From the NCBI GenBank assembly GCA_013265495.1, contig MU058584.1:6538407-6602406 (forward strand): 64,000 nt of DNA, in the 5' to 3' direction. This DNA comes from Vicugna vicugna (taxonomy: Eukaryota). Every line of letters begins with the position of its first letter. Within the stretch, counting starts at the first letter, position 1. Below the pieces are notes generated by a model that searched no databases, was not told where the DNA came from, and saw only the letters and a program-made list of their open reading frames with translations. Shown here piece after piece: positions 55,171-64,000 of this stretch. A program made the translations under genes and the position numbers.

Positions 55171-56762
55171 AGTTTGTTAAATGTGGGGAAAAAAGAATGC
55201 ACATGTATATCTTACAACCTCAGCAGGGAGATATGCAAGATTGTGGTGAGTGTGTCTGTGTAATCCTAGCCTTTGCTCTAGCCAAGGTGAAAGGAAAGAT
55301 GTTATAATACATTTTTAAGAAGACTAAAAAAAAAAAAAATCCTGTGTGTAACTTAACTCACCCAGTCAAGCTTCTAGGCATGGAAGAGGCAATATCTCTG
55401 AAAGATTTCTACCAAAAACATCTCCCTTGGTTTACTACTGTACCTAAATTCCTGCCTTCACAGTTTGGGTTTCCAGGAGTCTTCCATTATCTGGGCTGTA
55501 TGCAGTAACCCATACCTTGAAGCTATTATTAGCCATTATCACTCCTGCATGGTCTTGAAGGCATAGGACATAGCTCTGGTGCATGTGATGGGGGCAGAGG
55601 AGAAGCATGTGTGTGGGGTACGGGAGTCCTGCTGCAGAATAGCAAACATTGACGGGAACTCTACAGAGAGGAATTTTAGTGGATAACATGATGTAATGGG
55701 AAAAGCATGGACCTTGTTTCCAGTCCCTGCTTTGGAAAGTTGCTTATTCCCAATGAGCCTTTTTTTTCTTCTTTTGTAAAGTGATGCCTACGCCATAGGT
55801 TGGTGGAGGGATTAAAGGAGACAACAAACCGAAAGGATTAATGTAACTACCTGAATCATGTTGTAGATTTCCTGTTCCTTCCATACTTCCAAGGGGAAGC
55901 TCACATACAGTGGAGGGAGTCTTGGGCGGTAGGTTAGGAGGCCCAGGCTCTCTGTGTGGCATCATAGCAGAAGGAACTCAAACATGAGGGAAGTGTGGCA
56001 GCGAGAGGAGGAGGGAAATGCGGAAGGAAAAGAGGCAGTGTACAGAACATGTGCGACAGCCCGGGTCTTCCCGGAAGTGTACACAAGATGTTTCTCCTGC
56101 TGCCTAGCTACTCTTAAAATTTAAGCGCCCCCACCCCCCCCCCCACACACACTTGGATACAAAAGTGAAACTCAAAGTTTAGAAGCCCCTTTCCCCCACC
56201 CCTTTGGAAATTCTACAGAACAGTGAGAGTGAGGAGCGTTCCAATGAATTTCTTTTTCCTCTTCGTTAACACAAAATAGACCAGCCCCAAAGCGGTAGCA
56301 CACAGAGAGAATTTTTGAGTAAAGTCCCCAAAGTGTTTTGCTTCTGCTTCTGCTTCTTGTGTGTGCAGTGCCCCTTCTTGTTCCGGACGGCGTGCTTTGC
56401 GCCAGTTAGCTATGGAGAACTTTCCTCAGCCTGGACATCACGCCTTATTTCTCCTGACCCCCAACCTTTCCCTTGTTGTCTCCTGGTGCCTTCTCAGTGA
56501 GTGTTCTTAAAGTTAACTGTTTCCATGCCAGTGAGGAAAGCAGCATCCCCCACGGAGGCCTGTGAATGATTATGAAGTTGTCCTTTTCCAAGCCTCAAAA
56601 CATTGAAGTCTGGGCTAGCTCTCACATGCCCCCCCTGCTGTCTCTGTCACTAGGTGCCTAACTCAGCCTCTGCCTCCCAGGGAAAGAATGCACCTCCTTC
56701 TCCATTTCACCCCAACACCAAATAAATTGCCGACGATCAAGTGGGATTAAAACTATACTGCA

Positions 56763-56900
56763 GCGGGAGGGTATAGCTCAAGTGGTGGAGCATCTGCTTA
56801 GCATGCACAAGGTCGTGGGTTCAATCCCCAGTACCTCCATTAAAATAAGTAAATAAATAAGTGAACCTAATTACTGTCCCCCCTCAAAAAAAAAAAAAAA
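56763..56900 (+). mobile_element. tRNA-Ala-derived SINE (camelid vic-1 type)
   Basis: A box TAGCTCAAGTGG, CTTAGCA anticodon loop, B box GGTTCAATCC, AT-rich tail, poly(A) and flanking AAAACTAYACTGCA TSD. Confidence 0.9.
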
Positions 56901-56911
56901 ACTACACTGCA

Positions 56912-57083
56912 GTACTTAACTGGCAGGGAGGATACCATGATCACAAAGGTGGTTCTCCCTGGGCGAGGCTTATCCATTGCACTCTGGATGTGCTGACCCT
57001 ATGATTTCCCCAAATGTGGGAAACTCAGCTGCATAAATTGTGGTAGTTGAGGAGTGTGTTCATGCTCTCCCCTGAAAAAAAAA
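56912..57083 (+). pseudogene. Full-length U1 snRNA retropseudogene (body 56912-57074, then short A tail)
   Basis: GTACTTAACTGGCAGGGAGGATACCATGATCAC...GGCGAGGCTTATCCATTGCACTC...CCCCAAATGTGGGAAACTC...CTCTCCCCTG aligns end to end with U1. It shows CpG decay, an A tail and a TSD, and has a SINE where the PSE should be. Confidence 0.95.
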
Positions 57084-57099
57084 TATACTGCAAATATGC

Positions 57100-57740
57100 T
57101 GTGGAACAACTGGAAATCTTACACATTGCTGGTGGAAGTGAAAAATGATATGATCTCTTCTTTAGAGAACAGTTTGTTTCTTATCAAGCTGGAAATATAG
57201 TTGACATAAGACCAAGAAATTCCACTCCTACATATTTATCCAAGAGAAAAAAAAATTGTATTTATAAAGACCTATACACAAATGTTTATAACCATTTTAT
57301 TCATAATAACCCCAAGTGGAAATAATTTAAGTGCTCACAGTAGGTGAATAAATAAATAAACATACGTGTGGTCTACTCATACAATTAACACTACTCCATA
57401 ATGAGAAGAAACAAACTATTGATTCATGGATGAATCTCAAAAACATTATGTTGAGTGCAAGAAGTTAGAGACAAAGAGTATATATGTTTGATTCCATTAC
57501 ATGAAATTCTAGAAAAGACAACATCTAATCTATAGGAACAGAAGTTCAGCGGGTTGCCTAGGGCTGGGGTTGGGAGGGCTGATTGCCAAGGTTACAAGAG
57601 ATCTTCCTGAGGGATGGAACAGTTCTCTACCTTGACCGGGGTAATGGCTACATGACTGCACAAATTTGTTAAAACTCATCAAACCATACTTATAAAATAT
57701 GTATATTTTCTTGTATGTAAATTATCCCTTAATAAAGATT
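57100..57740 (+). mobile_element. Old L1M 3' fragment
   Basis: gtggaacaactggaaatcttacacattgctggtgg...catggatgaatctcaaaaacattatgttgagtg...tgtatgtaaattatcccttaataaa. Confidence 0.8.
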
Positions 57741-60700
57741 AAAACACTGTATGACTATACAACAAGAAGAAGTTGGAGATACCAATAAAGCATGTAGTTA
57801 GTAGAAACAGAAGCTCCTTGAATGATCTGTGGTGAAAGGCTTAGGTTGTAGGAAGTAGGATCTAGGAACAGTTGTTAATCAATGGCTTGAGCTGCAAAAC
57901 AGTGAATAAACTTTTGGTATGTGTTGGTTAATTCAATGAATTGGGCACCGGTACCAAAAAAAAATTATATATTCAGAATTGCCCTGAAGGCCTAAAGGAC
58001 TAGGCTCTGCAAACAGGTAATAATAACCATTATTAAAATCTTAATTATTACTTTTTATTATATTTGTACTTCTCTTGGTGAGTAATATACCTGTATGATC
58101 ACAATGAAGTTTCCTGAAATTTAAACACAATCTATTATTGGAAGATAATAATGTTGATAACTAAATACAGGCTGAACATGGCTTTCCAATATGAGATAAT
58201 GTGCTTAACATTTCACATGAATGTAAATCATTTTGTCAAGTAAGGCCTCATTTTATACCACAGAAGGGCAATTATAAGGAAATCCTGGGATGTTGCTTTA
58301 AAAAATCAAAACTCAAAAAGACGGACCCCAAACTATGGTATATGAAAGCCGGATGGTAATTTAGGTAAAGCCACAGACTGACCCCTCATGCTAACATTTT
58401 CTCTGCTGAGACACAAGTCAGGTTGGTTCCAGGAGCCAGCCTAAGAGAAGAATTATATATTGCACTCTCCCCAGATGGAGACCCACCAATTTGAGTGATG
58501 GAAAAGTGCATTCTACACTTCATCATGATTTTGAACCAGGTATCTATATGAGGATACTTTTTAAATACATTTTTTACACTGTTCTGATGCATTTTCAATG
58601 CTTGAGTGGCATGGCACCAATATGAGCAAGATGCCAGCTTTTGGTTAGCTAGCTGTTCCCTGGGCACACTGCGGAGAATGCCAGCTCTCAAGTCTGAGTT
58701 TCCAAACCTTTCGTGGCAAAATTAAACTCAAAAAAGAAAAAAAAAAACCCTCACATATTCTGCTTGCTAGGCAGTCCTATCACACAGATTTCAGAATAAA
58801 GTCATTAGTATTGAGGAATTCTCCTAATTATGCTTAGAAACCTGACACGCAGTTCTGATAGTCACTTCATGTTGTGCTGCCCAGCTTGAACTCTAAAAAT
58901 TGTTCAACTGCTAAACCAAGTACATCCCAGGTTTGCCAAGGAAAATAATCTGTTTTCCTATTTCCTGTGCTCCAACAGGGTACAAAACATAGAATAAGCC
59001 AAAATTCCTCCACAGTGGGCTTGCAGTCTTAAGGAGACCATTATTTTCAATGCAGAAAGTCAAATATTTTTTCCAGAACCAATTTTCTTGCTGACCACAC
59101 TGAACATTGAGAAATCAGTGAGCGCCTTTTTGAGAAAAATTGAATTGAAGAAGGAATTTGGCTTTAGACAACAGGAAGTGGGTTTCTATTGCTGTACGAG
59201 GTCAAGAGAGAAGGACTTCTCAACCACGTTGTCAAAGGTGGGCGAAAATCTCTAGAGGCAGTGACTAGTCCTTTTGATGCTTATCTAAACCAAAGCAAGG
59301 TTTATCCATCACTCCTCATTTAATGATGAAGCCAGGATAATACTGATGGATTACTCTCTCTTTTCAAGGGAGGGATCAAGTTGGGAAAGACCAATTCAAC
59401 ACTTTTAAGAAGTCTTTAGCACAGACATATTTCATCCATTAGGGTAATGTTTTCCTCAGGCTTGTCCAGGAATAAATCCCAATCTTCTCCCCTTAACATC
59501 CCAAAGACACAGCTGATTTGTTTTCAGTTGGGGCAATGAAATGTTTAAATGGGAAACACATGTCCATTTGGTCTGGAGAGGACATGCTAGGAAGCTTCTT
59601 GTTTACGAGGCCCCCACTCAGCAATAATCTGACAGCCACAGAAAGACTAAACAAGTAACTAGCAATTAACTCCTAAATAATAGTTCTTCCTGGGAAGACA
59701 GTGGATTTTAAATCCATGTAGAACACTCAGTACCTAATGTAAGGTTTAAAAGGCTCTTTATTTCAAAAAGGAGGAAGTGCTGTTAAAAACCTTACTTAGT
59801 TGTTGCACTTCTCTTTCTTGGAACACAGATAATTTGGCCTAACTCTTCCACCCAAGTGCTCATGATCCCGGATCGCTGCCTGTCCGAGGCAGTGTTTCCA
59901 CGTGGCTATTTCCTCCCCGCGTTTCTTTCACCTTTACATTCTTTTCTAAATTCTGAATCCCAAGCAAACTCTGGAAATAAGAAGAAAAAATATTGTCTCC
60001 TGAGAGAATTAAACTTGATGAGCAACACAGAGAAGTTGCCGAGTTAAAGGAACCTCAGGAGACATATGGAGTGGAAGTTTAAGGTCAGCAGCTTTGGTAC
60101 CAGGACAGGGGCACACAGGCGGGATCACAAGCTAACAGTTTTCCCTGAAGCTGTTACCACGGCAGAACTGTGTGCTCATAGCCCTGTGTGCTGTTAAAAG
60201 TGAGTCTTTCTTGTAAATAAAATATGGCAAGTTTAATCACGTGGAATATTCTATACAACTGCTATGAGTAGTGTTTCTAGAAATAACAGGTTTTAGAAAC
60301 AAAATATGTCCTTAAATTGACGTGTGATTTTGTATACTGAGGTTAACCTTGTTAGAAGATCTAAATTACATTATTTTTATTATTACACTATTATTATTAT
60401 TACATTATTTCCTACATTCTTTAAATCCCACCCAATAATGTTTTCTAGTGTTTGAATATTTGCTATAACCTATAGTTCTTTTTAGTACTATTAAACTTAG
60501 TATCTACTATTTGTTAATAATGAACATTAATAAAATAATAATTAATAATAAATATATTTACAAACAAACATGTTTTAGGTATCCACAGTAAAAATAAAGA
60601 GTGTAAAGAATGTTGAAAGTCTTTTAAGAATAACTTATGACTTTGGAAATTCCCAAGAAATCCCAGGAATTCTAATTTCTTGTACCCCAATCCTAAGATT

Positions 60701-61794
60701 AATAGTTGTTGGGAATTTAAAGCAGTAGTCCTTGGTGAACTTAGGAGGGAACATCATTCGTAAATGGAAGTCTGGGTTCCCAGTGTTCAGCGCCTTAGCA
60801 AAGCTCAGTGAACATGTTTTGAACTTGGAAATTGGCAAGAGCTAGATATGAACCTTCCTTCAGAGATGTGCCCTCCAGACAGCCTTGGGCGAGCCACTGG
60901 CAGTATGGAAAGGCTAGCATTTCACTGGATTGTTGATGAGCTCCAGTGAGATTAGGAATTTCACTTTGTACCCTTTTATACACTTTAGGTAAGTAAGAGG
61001 AATAAATTCAGGCAATTACCTCAAATAATATTGCCAGTTATTTTGTGTGCTCATGTATAATATTGGGAAGAGCCAAAACTGAGGTGGAATGCTGACTGGG
61101 AAACTGGTAAGAGTTTTGTGGCTAGTTCCAAGTATTCTGTCCCTAGTAAAGAGTCTTCTCCATCTGCAGAATAGGATCAGGAATGGGTATGGTAAATGGC
61201 TGATGGACTTTGAGATTCTGGAGATTTCTACTGACTAACTTCAGCAAGGCTCCAGATTCAGGGGCCTTTCTTTTTCAAAATTGGAAAATCTTTTACTAGC
61301 CTAATGGAAAGATACAAACATGGGATCAGCCAGAACAAAAAAATCAAAGATCAAATGTGGCCCAAGAATGCTATCCAAATATTTAAAGTCATTAAGACAC
61401 CTTAACCATCTGGTTTTTCCACTGTTTCCAACCTCGACCATTTAAGTACTATATTATACTTTCTATAACATCTGTATACCATCTGTACTCTTATTTCTTT
61501 AATATTTTTTCTTTAATTTGGTCCACTTTTAACTTAGCCTTGTCCCAAACAATAATAAACATGAAATTATTGATTGATGTGCAAATTTATATTTCCCTAA
61601 AACACATTTGCGTAACTATTACATATACTATAACACATTGGTACATAACTATTACAGTAAAAAATGTCCATCTGTATACTATCTAAGATCATCTTGTCTA
61701 CCACTGGACCACACTTTGGGAAAGACTTCTAAAGACCATTTTCATGGTCATTTCAAAGCCTAAGGAAAGGCATCTTGTCTTAAATGAGTAAACA

Positions 61795-61952
61795 GCAGGC
61801 CTGTGAAATCACACAGGACCCCATGCTCAGAAGGGTCCCAAGCTTCATTTAATGATCAATTGTCACCTTCCTAAAATTCTTAACAATTTTTAAACAAGAA
61901 GCCCCACGTTTTCATTTTGCACCAGGTGCTGCAAATTATCTAGTTAGTTCCA
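61795..61952. mobile_element. hAT-Tip100 MITE (MER91A-like)
   Basis: cacacaggaccccatgctcagaagggtccc...aattcttaacaattttt...ttttcattttgcac...gcaaattat. Confidence 0.65.
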
Positions 61953-64000
61953 AAAGGATACAGGACTACAAAAGGATTGGCATCAGAACATAGCTCAGCT
62001 GTGACATAGCTCCCCGAAATTCGTCTTCCGTCAACAACTTTTTGCAATGAATCATTAAGTAGTTATTAGAAAAATCACCACTCTAAAATTCTGCAAGACA
62101 TCCAAGGAAGATAAAAAAGAAATGTAAGATATGTATTACTTTACATTAGAGGTTATAGTCTGGTTGGGGAGTTAAGGTGATCTTCATTATTCAATTAGAT
62201 ATTCCATAATTAAGGGCTAAATTATATACTGTGGATAATAATTATAACAGCTTATCAAAGAAAGGAATCTCAAGGCAGGAGCAGTTGGAGAAGATGTTAA
62301 AGGGAAAGATTTGAGCCATTTAACATCTCACATATCTATTTTTAGAAATGTCTATGCTAAACTCACGTAGAACCCTCCACAGTCTAGTCCTAACCTTTCT
62401 CTCCAGCTTCTTCTCTAACCAATTTCCCCCCAATACAGATCTGTCCCAGAAACTCATAAAACTCAGATCAAGAGCATCAGTGGAGGCTCAAATACCATGT
62501 GTTTACAAGTTTTAAAGCAAGGTAATAAACTGTTCAATAATACTATCCTACCTTGATTATCCTATCTTTATAACGATCTGGAAGGCCAGGTTCTAATTTA
62601 GATTTCCTGGACTCCTGGGAGTTCCACTCGTGAACATGATGGAGTGGGAACAGCCGGCTCCCAGCCTCAAGCTCACAGCCCGCCCCTCTTCTGTTACTGT
62701 ATCCAGCCCCAGCCAACAGTGTGAGGAGTCTGATGCATGCTATGTGGACCAGCTCACATATCCAAACATCCACACATACATAAATTCTCACCTCAGAGTA
62801 AGTAAGCTCATATCAGCAGTGTGATCTGCCTTTGGGAAGGTGAATTTGAGGAAAAGGTCTGTGCAGGTCCTCAAGCAGGTTTGGGGCCATCTGGGCAACA
62901 AATTCTGGATCCCTGGAAACCAGATTGGGGTCTGCAAAGGGCAAGGGTGGAAAGGAGGGTAATGGGAGCTCGGTACGGGCTCTGGGTGGGTGTACCTTCT
63001 CTTTCATGAACTTCTCGTTTCATGGAAGGTGTGTAGCTGGAGAAGGGCTGAAGCCTGGTCCTGTAATACACAGGACCTCAGGAAGGCATAGCCAATACAC
63101 CCTGTATTCTTACCCTCTTCCTAATTTCCCCTTTTCCCCCAAAAATTGTTTTTTAAGTATCATATATATACACACACACACACACCACTCCGCCTGTCTT
63201 TTTAACATGGAACATCTATACCTACTCTGTTGTGTATCATAAGACCTTGTTCAAATGCTACCTTGTCTATGAAGCTTGGTAAACTCTCTTAGGCGCAGAT
63301 AGTTCATTTCTGCTTCGTGTTCCCTTAAAGTTTTATTTATGCCTCTTTGATGATCTCTACTATCTTGCATTGTAATCACTATTTTCCTCCACTAGACTGT
63401 GAGTACTCTGTGCATGCCTGGCCTCTTGTACCAAAAGAGGGACTGGTGACACACAGTACTCTCTCTCACAAACGTGTTTTCCAGGGGAATAAATGAATGA
63501 AATATACTCTTGTGGCCCCAAATGTGCCATGCTATGTAAAAGTTTGTTTATCTTGGAGCATCAGCAGTCTCTTAAGAGTAGACTTAAGCATCTACATGGC
63601 ACCATTCTGGTGAAAACTGGAAACACTCAGTCATCCAGATGTTGGGTGTCATGTGGATAAATCCCCAGATGATTGACTGAATTTTTCAGTTTTCATCGGA
63701 ATGATTGGCATTGTGTATATAGGGTCTAGTGTTATCAGCCGTTACACCCCCACCACGGTGGGTTCAAAAAGTTACTATTACAGACACAAATGCTCAGCAA
63801 GCTATTAATGGGATGCAGCGTTCTTCGTCGTATGCTACTCACGTGAAAGCTGACAAGTTCAGTGCCAAAGGTGATTTCAGTTCATCAGTCTAAGTGTCAT
63901 TAGCAACTAGCAGTTATTGGGTATTCACATGTGCAAAGCACATTTTCAAATGAAAGACATCATGACAAATGTTAGCTGATGAGAGATGGATTCTTTGTTA

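Noticed and set aside
56763..56840. tRNA-Ala gene (also 31460-31537)
   Set aside because: Stems pair imperfectly, and the A-rich tail and TSDs indicate SINE copies.
56912..57074. Functional U1 snRNA gene
   Set aside because: The 5' splice-site pairing end is mutated (GTACTTAACTG versus ATACTTACCTG), the Sm site is altered (AAATTGTGG), CpGs have decayed, an A tail and TSD are present, and a SINE occupies the promoter position.
57750..64000. Exons of a neighbouring downstream gene
   Set aside because: No recognisable coding sequence or CpG-island promoter, only repeat remnants and AT-rich DNA.

Overview
Mammalian genomic DNA containing the 3' part of the paired-class homeobox gene PRRX1 on the + strand. 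The host is probably a camelid, inferred from tRNA-Ala-derived vic-1-type SINEs and cetartiodactyl-type L1. Exon 1 lies upstream of the window, so bases 1-29250 are intron 1. Coding exons are 29251-29426, 33963-34144, a 72-nt stop-containing cassette exon at 37945-38016 and the OAR-domain terminal exon from 43772, with a ~3.1 kb 3' UTR ending after AATAAA at 47015. The rest is intronic or intergenic DNA with MIR, L2, L1, LTR and hAT remnants and microsatellites. I see no new protein-coding system. The most unusual structures are retrotranspositional: a SINE and a U1 snRNA retrocopy stacked between three copies of one target-site duplication (56749-57092), and a tailless L1 with only 5' UTR and partial ORF1 that still has a TSD (49565-52060). 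Other points of interest are the NMD-evading cassette exon with a downstream G-quadruplex motif, three miR-124 sites and several candidate enhancers. Repeat-family names and repeat boundaries come from visual recognition and are approximate.
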